Part shown: positions 37,910 through 48,687 of the stretch, one piece after another
Numbering within the stretch: the stretch's first letter is position 1
Layout of the letters: each line of letters begins with the position of its first letter
Source: Aureliella sp.
Lineage (GTDB): Bacteria; Planctomycetota; Planctomycetia; Pirellulales; Pirellulaceae
DNA length: 64,000 bases
Direction: 5' to 3'
Assembly: GCA_963691875.1 (NCBI GenBank)
Contig: OY829846.1
Coordinates: 4,320,001-4,384,000 of the forward strand
Position numbers and translations under genes: made by a program
The notes under the pieces: model-generated
The model's database searches: none
What the model was told of the DNA's origin: nothing
Seen by the model: the letters and a program-made list of their open reading frames with translations, nothing else

Positions 37910-40561
37910 ATGGGTGACACAGTGAGTAGTCTACTGAATCGCTTGTTTTGGGGCTTTTGCCGCTTCCTACTCGGCTTCCGTTATCGAACGCAAGTTGAAG
38001 GAGCCGAGCAACTCAAATCTTTGTCTGGCCCGACGCTCGTCATTCCCAATCACCCGGCTTACATCGATCCGCCGCTGGTTTCGAGTCACATACGACTGCA
38101 CAAGCCGCTCCGGCCGCTCGTTTACTCGGGCACTTATCGGATGCTGCCGCTGCGGCCGTTAATGAGCCTAGTAAATGCGTTCGAAGTGCCCGACATGTCC
38201 AGTCAGAGTCGCGACGCACAAGCTAAAGCACTCGAGATGATCGATGCAGTGGTTGGAAGGCTCGATGCAGGCGACTGCCTGTTGATCTACCCTTCAGGAC
38301 GCCTGCAACGCGGGAACGTCGAAGTTGTCGGTGCCAATCGTTCTGTCTACGAGATCGTCTCTAGAGTACCGAACTTGAACATAGTCCGCGTTCGCACACG
38401 TGGCGTTTGGGGCAGCTCCTTCAGTTGTGCTGAGTACGGCGAGACGCCCAACTTGGGATCAGCCGTTGTGAAGGCTATCGGATGGGTATTCGCGAGTTTG
38501 TTCTTCTTCCTGCCGCGACGCAAGGTCACGATGACTGTGGAGGTGATCAAGCCGAGCGAGCTGCCGCTGGAATCCAAGGATGAATTCAACCGCGCTCTGG
38601 AGGCTTGGTACAACGCAGACGGCGGCCAAGAGCCACAGTTTGTGCGATACAACCATTTGTTAGGTCCAAGCGAAGGCGAGTTTGGCAAGGGTTCGGCAGG
38701 TGATAGGTTTGATCTGGGAGCGATCAAGCCAAAGACACGTGAGCAGGTCAATGACCTCGTGTGTTCGCACCTGGGTCGTGAGCTCACGCAAGAGGAACTA
38801 GGGCCTGAGACAAAACTCGAGACAATTGGCCTCGACAGCCTTGATCGTATGGATCTCGCACTCAAGATCGAGCAACAGTTCGGATTCCGCAGTGATAATG
38901 TTGCAGAAACCATGGGAGCCCTGTGGGCGCTCGCCGACGGACAGCTCGGCCAAGCCAGCGAAGGCGCTACAGCTCCGGATGCTTGGTTCGCAAAACACGC
39001 TGAGCATGATGCGCCAGGAATCCTGGCTGACACGATTGCGGAAGCGTTCGTGAAGCGTTGCCTCAAAAGCCCCAATGATGTGATCGTCGCGGATCAGCTT
39101 TCTGGCGTTCTCAACCATCGCAAGATGCTGGTAGGTGCCAGTTTGATGGCCAAACGCTTCGCCAACTTCGAAGAGAAGCATGTTGGTGTGATGTTACCTG
39201 CCTCGGTTGCTGCCGATGTCGTTTTCTTCGCTCTGCACTTGGCCGGCAAGACGCCGGTCTTGATGAACTGGACCACAGGACCTGCCAACTTGGCGCACGG
39301 CGTTCAAGTGACGGAAATCAAGCATATTGTCACATCGAGCAAGATGATTGATCGGCTTGGAATCGAAGTCGAGGGAGCGGATTACGTCTTCTTGGAGGAT
39401 ATCAAGCAAGGCATTGGCAAGCCCGAGGCCTTGATGATGCTGATGAAGACGTACTTCGCGAACACTAGTTTCCTGAGTGCATTGCCTGAGCAGAAGCCAG
39501 ACGATACCGCGGTGTTTCTATTCACTTCCGGATCCGAAAGCTTACCAAAAACGGTCCCTCTGACGCACACAAACTTGATTGTCAATGTTGGCGATGGCAT
39601 CGAAGTGCTTGAAGCCACCAATGACGACTCGCTGCTTGGATTCCTGCCGCCCTTCCACAGCTTCGGAATGACGGGTAACTTGCTGCTTGCTCACTTGGCT
39701 GGCATCAAGTGTGTACGCTTCGCTGATCCGACCGATGCCTCTGGGCTGGTTCAAGCCATCGATGCCTACAAGCCCACGATGGTGTTCACCACACCGACGT
39801 TCCTGGGATTCATCTTGGCTACATGCAAACCCGGCCAACTCGACAGCTTGCAAACGATTGTCACTGGCGCTGAGAAATGCCCGGACAGCATCTTTGAAAA
39901 ATGCAAGCAACTGGCTCCGAACGCGACGATCCTAGAGGGCTACGGCATCACTGAGTGCTCGCCGGTTGTTTCCGCCAACTTGCGGCAAAAGGCGAAGTTG
40001 GGGTCCGTCGGCAAGCCGGTCAGTAACGTGAAGACTTGTATATTGGATGTGGATACCAACCAACCTGTTGCGGAGAACGAAACAGGAATGCTACTCGTCT
40101 CTGGCCCTAGCATTTTCTCTGGCTACTATCGCCACGATGGCCCATCTCCCTTCGTCGAGTGGAACGGGCAGCAGTGGTACAAGACAGGTGACTTGGTACG
40201 TCAGGACTCGGATGGTTTCCTGCACTTCCAAGGTCGTTTGAAGCGATTTTTGAAGGCAGGTGGTGAGATGATCTCCCTGCCGGCGCTCGAAGAACCCTTG
40301 TCGAAAGCATTTCCTGCAGATGAGAACGGCCCGAAAATAGCTGTCGAGGGCGTGGAGACACCCGATGGAAGACACATCGTTTTGTTCACCACCGTCGAAC
40401 TGTCGATTCGCGAGGCAAGTGATTTGTTGCTGGAAGCGGGGTTGCGAGGCGTGATGCGATTGGATGAAGTTCAACGCATCGAATGCATTCCGGTTCTTGG
40501 CACTGGAAAGACGGATTACAAGGAGTTGCGCAAGCTGGTGATGGAGGCAGCTGAAGTGTAG
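37910..40561 (+). CDS. Aas-like acyltransferase / acyl carrier / acyl-AMP ligase fusion
   Basis: NHPAYID and YPSG (PlsC), GLDSLDRMDL (phosphopantetheine Ser), FTSGSESLPK, EGYGITE, YKTGD, GTGK. Start uncertain (37895/37910/37922). Confidence 0.88.
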   Translation: MGDTVSSLLNRLFWGFCRFLLGFRYRTQVEGAEQLKSLSGPTLVIPNHPAYIDPPLVSSHIRLHKPLRPLVYSGTYRMLPLRPLMSLVNAFEVPDMSSQSRDAQAKALEMIDAVVGRLDAGDCLLIYPSGRLQRGNVEVVGANRSVYEIVSRVPNLNIVRVRTRGVWGSSFSCAEYGETPNLGSAVVKAIGWVFASLFFFLPRRKVTMTVEVIKPSELPLESKDEFNRALEAWYNADGGQEPQFVRYNHLLGPSEGEFGKGSAGDRFDLGAIKPKTREQVNDLVCSHLGRELTQEELGPETKLETIGLDSLDRMDLALKIEQQFGFRSDNVAETMGALWALADGQLGQASEGATAPDAWFAKHAEHDAPGILADTIAEAFVKRCLKSPNDVIVADQLSGVLNHRKMLVGASLMAKRFANFEEKHVGVMLPASVAADVVFFALHLAGKTPVLMNWTTGPANLAHGVQVTEIKHIVTSSKMIDRLGIEVEGADYVFLEDIKQGIGKPEALMMLMKTYFANTSFLSALPEQKPDDTAVFLFTSGSESLPKTVPLTHTNLIVNVGDGIEVLEATNDDSLLGFLPPFHSFGMTGNLLLAHLAGIKCVRFADPTDASGLVQAIDAYKPTMVFTTPTFLGFILATCKPGQLDSLQTIVTGAEKCPDSIFEKCKQLAPNATILEGYGITECSPVVSANLRQKAKLGSVGKPVSNVKTCILDVDTNQPVAENETGMLLVSGPSIFSGYYRHDGPSPFVEWNGQQWYKTGDLVRQDSDGFLHFQGRLKRFLKAGGEMISLPALEEPLSKAFPADENGPKIAVEGVETPDGRHIVLFTTVELSIREASDLLLEAGLRGVMRLDEVQRIECIPVLGTGKTDYKELRKLVMEAAEV

Positions 40562-40666
40562 CGAGTGCTTGTTAATAACCTGAAGTGTAAGCGAGGAATG
40601 GTTATGTCGCCTTGCTTATGCTGCGGGTTGCGTGTGGGAATGGCATTTCTTCGTAGGTTGAAAAGC

Positions 40667-41401
40667 ATGATTGAACTAGACAACATCTCGAAGAAGTTCG
40701 GCGAGACACAAGTCCTGCAGCCAATGTCGATCGACATTACTGAGGGCCAGACGGTGGTGATGATTGGCCCCAGCGGCTGTGGCAAGTCGACTTTGCTGCG
40801 GATTTTGATTGGGCTGATCACAACCGACACTGGCGAGGTACGCTTTCGTGGCGAAGTCATGACGCCTGAGAATGTGCTCAAGATGCGACACTTGATGGGC
40901 TACGTGCTGCAGGATGGTGGTTTATTCCCTCATCTTAATGTGGTAGACAACGTTATGTTGATGGCCAAGCACTTAGGGCAGATGTCGCAGACCGAAATGG
41001 ATTCTCGGGTGATGGAGTTAGCCGAGCTGACGAAACTGCCGTTCGAGGCTCTTAGGCGTTTTCCAAGTGAGATTTCGGGCGGTCAGCGTCAGCGTGTGGC
41101 CATCATGCGAGCCTTGATGCTCGATCCGCCATTGTTGCTACTCGATGAACCGATGGGTGCGCTGGATCCACTTGTTCGTTACGACCTGCAGGAAGATTTG
41201 AAGCAAATCTTTACGAACTTAAAAAAGACTGTGGTGATCGTAACTCATGACATGGGTGAAGCCAGTTTTTTCGGTGAAGACGTGATGCTAATGTCGGGCG
41301 GGCGCATTTTGCAGCGAGGTGCGATTGAAGACTTTGTTCGCAGTCCGGCTGATCCTTTTGTGTCCCAATTCATCACGGCGCAACGTATTCCACAGGTGTA
41401 A
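40667..41401 (+). CDS. Osmoprotectant-type ABC transporter ATP-binding protein (OpuBA/ProV-like)
   Basis: GPSGCGKST, GYVLQDGGLFPH, ISGGQRQR, DEPMGALDP. Confidence 0.88.
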   Translation: MIELDNISKKFGETQVLQPMSIDITEGQTVVMIGPSGCGKSTLLRILIGLITTDTGEVRFRGEVMTPENVLKMRHLMGYVLQDGGLFPHLNVVDNVMLMAKHLGQMSQTEMDSRVMELAELTKLPFEALRRFPSEISGGQRQRVAIMRALMLDPPLLLLDEPMGALDPLVRYDLQEDLKQIFTNLKKTVVIVTHDMGEASFFGEDVMLMSGGRILQRGAIEDFVRSPADPFVSQFITAQRIPQV

Positions 41402-41447
41402 TAGATGTGGACACCGAAGGTGGCGTTGAATTGAAGCGAAGGTTAAT

Positions 41448-41954
41448 GTGAGCCGCATCGCCTTGAGGCGTCGGGCTCGTCCAGCTGCCCACCACATCCC
41501 GGATCAAAACTGGGAGAGACTCAGTAGGCTTATCGAAGCGGCTTCAGGTTTGTTTTAAATTGCCTGCTCGCTAGCAACTTCGCTAACCATCTACTTGATT
41601 GACGCAAGTCTCTTTTCGAGCCTAACGAGGTTTGCGGCCATCCTCCCGTATGGTCTGGGGATTCTTCCTTCGATCGAGTCTCTTTCCGACAGAACGCCTG
41701 ATCTAGGGTTGCATTTTTGGCATTCGGTCGTGCTCGGCTGGGCTCTAGGACCTGGCATTCCGTTGGGTGTGCTGTTTGCAGCTCTCTTTACCGCGGCGGG
41801 GTACTTCGACTCGTCCGCAAATAGAGGCGCGTTTTTGGGGCTTCTCCTTGGGTCGTTATTTGCGATTTCTGTTGGATTGGTTGTTGCGGGTGTAGTGATT
41901 TGTATTTTCTGGCGCCGGACTGCGTATTCTGTTTTTGCTGATGCCCCAAAGTAG
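41448..41954 (+). pseudogene. Membrane protein, possibly interrupted by an in-frame TAA at 41556
   Basis: ORF 41595-41954 is hydrophobic. The same frame continues upstream (..EAASGLF*IACSLATSLTIYLID..) across one TAA. Confidence 0.4.
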
Positions 41955-42021
41955 TATCACCTTGGCAGATGCCTGCTTATAATTCAAGAATAACCGTCCC
42001 CCGCCGATCCTGAGTGCCTGC

Positions 42022-45000
42022 ATGAGACTCTTTGCCTTGTTTCTTGCCTTGCTGGCTTTCAAGCCAGACGCCGTAGCGCAGCAAGTAGACTTCAATCGCG
42101 ACGTTCGGCCGATTTTGTCGAATGCGTGCTTTCAATGTCACGGACCGGACGCGAATACGCGGGAGGCGGGCTTGCGACTGGATCAACGTGATGCGGCGAT
42201 TGCAGAACTGGATTCGGGCGAGATCGCGATCGTTCCTGAAAACGCAGAAGCAAGTGAACTGATACGGCGGGTTTTGAGCGAGGATGAGGATCTTCGGATG
42301 CCTCCTGCTGAGCACGGTGATGCGTTCGATTCGGATCAGGTCGAAATCTTGAAGCGATGGATCGAGCAAGGAGCGCCATACACGGAGCACTGGGCTTTTG
42401 TCCCGTCCCAGCGAAGCGATCCTCCGCCGACGAAGAATGAGAAGTGGGTACGCAACGAGATCGATCGATTTGTGCTGGCCAATCTTGAATCCGCAGGCCT
42501 AGCTCCGACAAAAGAAGCCACGAAAGAGATTTTGATCAGGCGTGTTGCTTTTGATCTGACTGGCCTGCCACCAACGATCGCGGAGTTGGATCAGTTCCTG
42601 GCTGACAAGTCACCAGAGGCCTTCGAGCGAATGGTCGATCGCTATCTGATTTCGGATGCGTACGGTGAGCACATGGCTCGACAGTGGCTCGACCTGTCGC
42701 GCTACGCTGACTCCAACGGCTACCAATACGATACCGAGCGCGAGCAGTGGGTATGGCGGGATTGGGTGATCAATGCCTACAACGAGAATATGCCGTTTGA
42801 TCAGTTCACACTGGAACAGATTGCGGGAGACCTACTGCACGATGCGAAACCAGAGCAGGTTCTTGCAACTGGGTTTCACCGCAATCACGGCATCACCATT
42901 GAGGGCGGCATTATCGACGAAGAGTATCGTATCGAGTACGTGATGGATCGCATCAATACAGTGGGCAGTGTATGGATGGGGCTTACGTTAGGCTGTGCTA
43001 GATGCCACGATCACAAGTACGATCCGATCTCCCAAAAAGAATTTTATCAGCTGTTCGCCTTCTTCAATCAAGTTCCTGAACGGGGCATGCGTGGGTTCAC
43101 GCCGAGTCAGAAGATTCGATCCCCGCTCGGAAGTGAGAAAGAAAAACAGCTCGCGGAGCAAATTGCTCGCGCTAAGACACAGATGGATGAACCGGTGGAT
43201 GTGGATGCGGAATACGAAGTGTGGGAACGTGGCCGACGACGTGACTCGTGGCAAGTTCAGACGCCCCATGAACTTCAGTCGACCGGCGGCTCGACGCTGA
43301 CGTCACTTGATGATGGGTCATTCTTAGCAGGCAAGGCGAATCCCAATAAGGATATTTACGACGTAGTTGTCGAGACGAATCAAGCTGAATTGACAGCGGT
43401 CAGACTCGAGTGCTTGACACACGAATCGTTGCCGGGAGGAGGACCGGGACGACATAGCAATTCTAATTTTGTGCTCAGTGAGTTCGAGTTGGTCGCAGAA
43501 TCCATCGTTTCTCCTGAAGAAACGACTATCGTCAAGTTTCGTGAAGCACGATCCGACTACTCGCAGAAAGGCTACGAGATAGGCAAGGCCATCGATGGTA
43601 CCGTCTCTGGTAACAACGGATGGGCAGTCGACGGACCAACGCGAAAGGAGCCAGCGACAGCGATCTTTATTGCTGAGAAACCATTTGGATTCGAAGGCGG
43701 AACGCGTCTCAAGTTCCGACTGCGTCATGAAGCGGGCTTTGCGACACACGGGATCGGTCGCCCGCGTCTGTCCGTGACTACCGTAGATCCGAGAGCCATT
43801 CGATTCGAAGACGTGCCAGCAGAGATCCTTAGGATTGCGAAAGTGCCAAAGAAGTCGCGCAGCGAGGAACAATCTGCCACACTGCGAAAGCACTTCATCG
43901 ATAACTTTGGCCCGAAGAAAGAACTCAAAGCCAAACTCGCAGATCTCAGAATGCAGCTAGCGGGACTCTATCCTGCGACAATGGTCATGCAGGACATGCC
44001 AAAATCTCGCAAGACTCACGTGCTGAATCGCGGCCAGTATGATCAGCCTCTAGAGGAAGTTTTCCCGGCAGTTCCAGCAGTCTTCACAGCGATGAAAGAA
44101 GATGCGCCACGCAATCGATTGGGATTTGCAAAGTGGCTCGTTGATCCTGAACATCCGTTGACGGCTCGAGTGGCAGTGAATCGATACTGGCAGCGAATTT
44201 TTGGAATCGGCTTGGTAAAAACTGTCGAGGATTTTGGGATCCAAGGTGCGTTGCCAAGCCACCCGGAGCTGTTGGATTGGCTGGCGGATGAGTTTGTGGC
44301 GAATGGATGGAACGTGAAGGAAATCCAGAAGCTCATTTTGATGTCCGCGACATACCGGCAATCGTCGCATGCTGGCCAAGTCGCCTATGAGGATGATCCT
44401 GAGAATCACAACTTAGCCCGCGGTCCACGCTTTCGCTTGAGTGCTGAGGAGATCCGCGATAGTGCTTTGGCGGTTAGCGGATCACTAGTCAGGCAGCTTG
44501 GCGGGAAGAGTGTTTATCCTTATCAGCCAGACGGCCTGTGGATGGAGCTTAACAATCGCCCCGGCTATTCCAAAGCTTACCAGGCGGGCAATGGCAATGA
44601 TCTCTATCGGCGGAGCCTGTACACGTTCTGGAAGCGAACAGTACCCTCGCCGATGCTTGTCACGCTCGACGCGCCGACGCGCGAGTTCTGTACGGTTGCT
44701 CGATCGCGAACCAACACGCCGCTTCAATCACTACTGCTCTTGAATGGGCCACAATTCGTCGAGGCAGCGCGGCATCTAGCGTTGCGTTTGATTCGTGAAG
44801 GAGGTGATTCAGCCGAAGATCGAATTGAACTTGGATTTCGATTGGTAACCTCACGAATCCCATCCGTGCAAGAGACGAGGCTTGTCCGTGAAGTCTACGA
44901 ACAACAGCTTGAGAAATTTTCTAAGGATGAAGAGGCCGCTCAAGGGCTGCTGAACATTGGTGAATCAAAAATGGAAGCAGCGCAAGCCGACCTGGCGGAA

Positions 45001-45066
45001 ATAGCCGCGTGGACGAGTGCTTGTCGCTTGCTGCTCAACCTCGATGAAGCGATGACGAAAAACTAG
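42022..45066 (+). CDS. Planctomycete cytochrome c / DUF1549 / DUF1553 protein with inserted beta-sandwich domain
   Basis: [40 protein letters not shown] insert, [18 protein letters not shown]. Confidence 0.92.
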   Translation: MRLFALFLALLAFKPDAVAQQVDFNRDVRPILSNACFQCHGPDANTREAGLRLDQRDAAIAELDSGEIAIVPENAEASELIRRVLSEDEDLRMPPAEHGDAFDSDQVEILKRWIEQGAPYTEHWAFVPSQRSDPPPTKNEKWVRNEIDRFVLANLESAGLAPTKEATKEILIRRVAFDLTGLPPTIAELDQFLADKSPEAFERMVDRYLISDAYGEHMARQWLDLSRYADSNGYQYDTEREQWVWRDWVINAYNENMPFDQFTLEQIAGDLLHDAKPEQVLATGFHRNHGITIEGGIIDEEYRIEYVMDRINTVGSVWMGLTLGCARCHDHKYDPISQKEFYQLFAFFNQVPERGMRGFTPSQKIRSPLGSEKEKQLAEQIARAKTQMDEPVDVDAEYEVWERGRRRDSWQVQTPHELQSTGGSTLTSLDDGSFLAGKANPNKDIYDVVVETNQAELTAVRLECLTHESLPGGGPGRHSNSNFVLSEFELVAESIVSPEETTIVKFREARSDYSQKGYEIGKAIDGTVSGNNGWAVDGPTRKEPATAIFIAEKPFGFEGGTRLKFRLRHEAGFATHGIGRPRLSVTTVDPRAIRFEDVPAEILRIAKVPKKSRSEEQSATLRKHFIDNFGPKKELKAKLADLRMQLAGLYPATMVMQDMPKSRKTHVLNRGQYDQPLEEVFPAVPAVFTAMKEDAPRNRLGFAKWLVDPEHPLTARVAVNRYWQRIFGIGLVKTVEDFGIQGALPSHPELLDWLADEFVANGWNVKEIQKLILMSATYRQSSHAGQVAYEDDPENHNLARGPRFRLSAEEIRDSALAVSGSLVRQLGGKSVYPYQPDGLWMELNNRPGYSKAYQAGNGNDLYRRSLYTFWKRTVPSPMLVTLDAPTREFCTVARSRTNTPLQSLLLLNGPQFVEAARHLALRLIREGGDSAEDRIELGFRLVTSRIPSVQETRLVREVYEQQLEKFSKDEEAAQGLLNIGESKMEAAQADLAEIAAWTSACRLLLNLDEAMTKN

Positions 45067-45068
45067 CG

Positions 45069-46520
45069 ATGACCGATCCAATTTTAGACAGCAAACTGAG
45101 TGAGAATCGCCGGCAGTTCTTTAGTAGAACGAGCACAGGCATCGGAGTTGCCGCACTAGCGTCGCTGCTAAATCGCGAATCTACCGCAGCTACGCATCCA
45201 GCTGGACAAACCGGCTTGCCAGGACTTCCGCATTTTGCACCAAAAGTAAAACGAGTTATCTACTTGCTTCAGTCTGGTGCGCCTTCGCAAGTCGATTTGC
45301 TGGACTACAAGCCGAGCCTAGAGGAGCTTCACGGGCAAGAGTTGCCTGACAGCGTGCGCGGTGGACAGCGGTTAACCGGAATGACTGCGGGGCAAAAGAA
45401 CTTTCCGATAGTCAAGTCGCCTTACAAGTTTGCTCAGCATGGCGAGTCCGGACAATGGATGAGCGAGTTGATGCCGCACTTGGCGAAAGTGGCGGACGAC
45501 ATCTGTGTCGTTAAGTCTCTGTATACAGAGGCGATCAATCACGACCCAGCGGTGACTTTCTTTCAGTCCGGGCATCAGCAGCCTGGTCGTCCCAGTATTG
45601 GTGCTTGGCTCAGCTACGGACTGGGAAGCGAGACAGAGAACCTTCCTTCGTTTGTGGTGCTGCTTTCAAAGAATACTTTCCATCAAGCTCAACCGCTTTA
45701 CGATCGCTTATGGGGCAGCGGTTTTTTGCCCTCGAAGTACCAAGGGGTGAAGTTCCGGAGTCAGGGTGATCCGGTACTCTACTTGAGTGATCCCTCAGGA
45801 GGTGATCAGACGGATCGAAGGCTGTTGTTGGACAAGCTTGCCAAGCTAAACGAGTTACGGTACCGGAAAGTCGGTGATCCTGAGATTAATTCGCGAATCG
45901 CCCAGTACGAGATGGCTTATCAGATGCAAACTTCTGTTCCAGAGCTGGCGGACACTAGCGACGAACCCGAAAGCACCTTTAAGCTCTATGGTGAAGACGC
46001 AAAAGAACCGGGTACCCACGCGGCAAACTGTTTGATGGCCAGACGCTTGGCCGAACGCGGTGTGCGATTCATTCAGCTATTCCACCGTGGCTGGGATCAC
46101 CACAGTAACGTACAGAAGTACTTACCAACGGTCGCTAAGGAAACCGATCAAGGCTCGGCGGCATTAATCTCGGATCTCAAGCAGCGAAACATGCTCGACG
46201 ACACGCTTGTCATTTGGGGCGGCGAATTCGGGCGCACTGTTTTCTCACAAGGCAAGCCAGCGACCTTCGGTCGGGATCATCATCCACGCTGCTTTTCGAT
46301 TTGGATGGCGGGCGGCGGCATCAAGCCGGGGTTCAGTTTTGGCCAGACCGATGACTTTTGCTACAACATCGCCGAGAATCCGGTGCATGTCCACGACTTT
46401 CACGCGACGATTCTGCATTGTCTTGGAATCAACCATGAAAAGTTGACTTATCGCTTCCAGGGTCGAGACTATCGCTTGACCGACGTGCACGGGAATGTCG
46501 TGAAGGAGATTCTCGCATAA
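45069..46520 (+). CDS. DUF1501 family protein (Tat-exported)
   Basis: [42 protein letters not shown]. Confidence 0.93.
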   Translation: MTDPILDSKLSENRRQFFSRTSTGIGVAALASLLNRESTAATHPAGQTGLPGLPHFAPKVKRVIYLLQSGAPSQVDLLDYKPSLEELHGQELPDSVRGGQRLTGMTAGQKNFPIVKSPYKFAQHGESGQWMSELMPHLAKVADDICVVKSLYTEAINHDPAVTFFQSGHQQPGRPSIGAWLSYGLGSETENLPSFVVLLSKNTFHQAQPLYDRLWGSGFLPSKYQGVKFRSQGDPVLYLSDPSGGDQTDRRLLLDKLAKLNELRYRKVGDPEINSRIAQYEMAYQMQTSVPELADTSDEPESTFKLYGEDAKEPGTHAANCLMARRLAERGVRFIQLFHRGWDHHSNVQKYLPTVAKETDQGSAALISDLKQRNMLDDTLVIWGGEFGRTVFSQGKPATFGRDHHPRCFSIWMAGGGIKPGFSFGQTDDFCYNIAENPVHVHDFHATILHCLGINHEKLTYRFQGRDYRLTDVHGNVVKEILA

Positions 46521-46705
46521 AAGATGCTACAAGGTCTGACTCAGAGAATATTGTAGAGAACAGCGTTCCCACATTGGTGCCGTGGAAAACGTATCTTTTG
46601 ATTCTGGCGACCGCTGTTGCTACCTTGTTATCCGTCGTTTTCGCAACCATTGAGCGAGAAGACCTTTTGCGATTCTAAAGCCTGGGGTCCGGCGTGCGAA
46701 ATAGT

Positions 46706-47596
46706 TCAATGGGAAGGGTTGCGTTCGCCCAAGAGACGTTCGCCGCACATGTCGCAGAATGCGGCATCGGATGAGTGGCCTTCGCTCAGGCAGTGCGGGC
46801 AAGCACGAGCGTTTAGATCGCGATTTCGTCCGTCGGCAATCTCGGCGATTACAAAGCTGCTTGGCACAATGATCAGGCTGTAGCCAAGTAAGATAACCAC
46901 CGATGAAAGAAATTGCCCCAGCGCGGTGACCGGCTTGATGTCGCCATAGCCTACCGTGGTGATGGTGACGATCGCCCAGTACATGCCTGCTGGAATCGAG
47001 GAAAACTCTTTGTTGACACCGTGCTCAATCTGGTACATCAATGTCCCGCTGATCGTGACAGCGACCAGTACGGTTGCGATAAACACGAGGATCTTATCTC
47101 GGGCGCGCCAGACGGCTTCGCGCAAAGTATGAGCTTCCTTGAGCATCCGCATCATTTTCAGAACGCGGAAAACACGAAGCAGACGAACTGCTCGGAAGAT
47201 CATCAAGGATTGGGGTTGCAGGCTAAATAGCGTGAGGTACATCGGCAAGCACGCAATCAGATCGATGATGCCAAAAAAACTAAACGCGTACCGCAGAGGT
47301 TTCTCCACGCAAATCAAGCGGGCCACGTACTCCGCGGTAAATAGAATTGTCAGTACCCATTCGACGCGAGTCAGCGCGAGACGCCAGCTATCATTTTTCT
47401 CGAAGTACTCGACTGTCTCGAGGCTGATCGTGGTGATGCTCAGCAAGATGGCAACAAGCAGGATGATGTCGAAAATCTGGCCCGAGCGGGTGTCTGCTTC
47501 AAAGATGACGTGGTACAGGCTGTCACGCCAAGACGCTCGAGTAGACCGCTTCGAAGCCTCCTGTTTCTTCCTCTGTTTGGGACGCTTTGCTGGCAT
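46706..47596 (-). CDS. Voltage-gated potassium channel-type ion transporter with C-terminal zinc ribbon
   Basis: RAVRLLRVFRVLK S4 segment, TTVGYGD filter, CPHC..CDMCG. Confidence 0.92.
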   Translation of the reverse strand: MPAKRPKQRKKQEASKRSTRASWRDSLYHVIFEADTRSGQIFDIILLVAILLSITTISLETVEYFEKNDSWRLALTRVEWVLTILFTAEYVARLICVEKPLRYAFSFFGIIDLIACLPMYLTLFSLQPQSLMIFRAVRLLRVFRVLKMMRMLKEAHTLREAVWRARDKILVFIATVLVAVTISGTLMYQIEHGVNKEFSSIPAGMYWAIVTITTVGYGDIKPVTALGQFLSSVVILLGYSLIIVPSSFVIAEIADGRNRDLNARACPHCLSEGHSSDAAFCDMCGERLLGERNPSH

Positions 47597-47772
47597 TGTA
47601 GTGTTGATGATGTGCATCGGCCGATCTTATATAGATCCGCCGCGGACGCCGCATGAACCATTTTACAGATGGCTGTAGGGCAAGGGACGAAGTGGGGGTT
47701 TGCGTGTATCATAGCAGCCTTCTGTCGTCGGGACTGCTCCGACTCCATACGACTCTTTCCGAGGAAACCAAA

Positions 47773-48546
47773 ATGAGACGCTCGTTGACTTGGCTGGCAT
47801 GCAGCTTGCTTGCACTCATATGTACGCCAGCACTTGCTCAGCAGAAGCAAACGATCGAAGTTCGCACTTACACCTTGGTCGATCAAGCTGCAGAAGCGAA
47901 GCTCGATCAGTACCTGGAGAAGGCATTGATTCCGGCATTGACTCGTCAAGGTTTGGGGCCAATTGGAGCGCTCGATCAAGCCGCACCAGCAGAAGATGGT
48001 TCGGTCCAAGTGCTTTTGCTCATTGCTGGCCCGAACGTTGAGGCGGTGACTTCGGCAAACAAGAAACTTACCAAGGATGAGGACTATCTCGCCGCCGCGA
48101 AGGATTATCTCGCAACGCCAGCCAAGCAGCCGGTGGTCAAGCGAATCCAAAGCGAGTTACTGGAAGCATTTGATTGCTGGCCCAAATTGAAAGTACCTGA
48201 GCAGCAGAAGTCAGGCAGCGATCGTCTTTTCGAGCTTCGCATCTACGAGAGCCCTACGGAGAACTTCGGAAATCTCAAAGTCGAGATGTTCAATGCTGGT
48301 GAGGTGCCGATCTTTCTCGACTGCGGAATTACTCCTGTGTTTTTTGGACAAGCTCTCATCGGCGATAAGACTCCAAATCTGACTTATATGACCGTGTACG
48401 ACAACGATGCAGCTCGCAAGGAAGGTTGGAGCAAATTTCGCGTGCATCCGGATTGGCAAGTCTTGAAAGCTGTCGAAAAATACAAAGGCACTGTCAGCAA
48501 GATCCACAAAAGCGACTGGTTACCAAAGTCGTACTCGGAGCTTTAG
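47773..48546 (+). CDS. NIPSNAP family protein (two domains, secreted)
   Basis: EVRTY and FELRIYES, KVEMFN, PNLTYM, HPDW; signal peptide; GAGGA RBS. Confidence 0.85.
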   Translation: MRRSLTWLACSLLALICTPALAQQKQTIEVRTYTLVDQAAEAKLDQYLEKALIPALTRQGLGPIGALDQAAPAEDGSVQVLLLIAGPNVEAVTSANKKLTKDEDYLAAAKDYLATPAKQPVVKRIQSELLEAFDCWPKLKVPEQQKSGSDRLFELRIYESPTENFGNLKVEMFNAGEVPIFLDCGITPVFFGQALIGDKTPNLTYMTVYDNDAARKEGWSKFRVHPDWQVLKAVEKYKGTVSKIHKSDWLPKSYSEL

Positions 48547-48584
48547 GCTTGGCTCGAGGGACTGCCTGAGGAACTTTTGGCGAA

Positions 48585-48607
48585 GGAATTCTGGCGAATC
48601 CCACTAC
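48585..48607 (-). repeat. GTAG-type REP-like palindromic element
   Basis: Reverse complement GTAGTGGGATTCGCCAGAATTCC, preceded by a partial tandem copy at 48570-48584; related to 63859-63880. Confidence 0.6.
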
Positions 48608-48687
48608 AGAAATCGTGGGCGCGACGCGCTGGCGATAACGATATTCATTGACTTGGCCGGACAACTTACTCAAAGAACGGAAAACAA

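Noticed and set aside
35122..41401. Secondary-metabolite cluster (P450 + AMP ligase/ACP + ABC ATPase)
   Set aside because: Mixed orientation with yhaM in between, no condensation or ketosynthase domains, and the ATPase is importer type.
47440..48150. 236-aa minus ORF and similar long antisense or alternate-frame ORFs in the track
   Set aside because: Shadow frames of well-supported genes (here NIPSNAP and the K+ channel).
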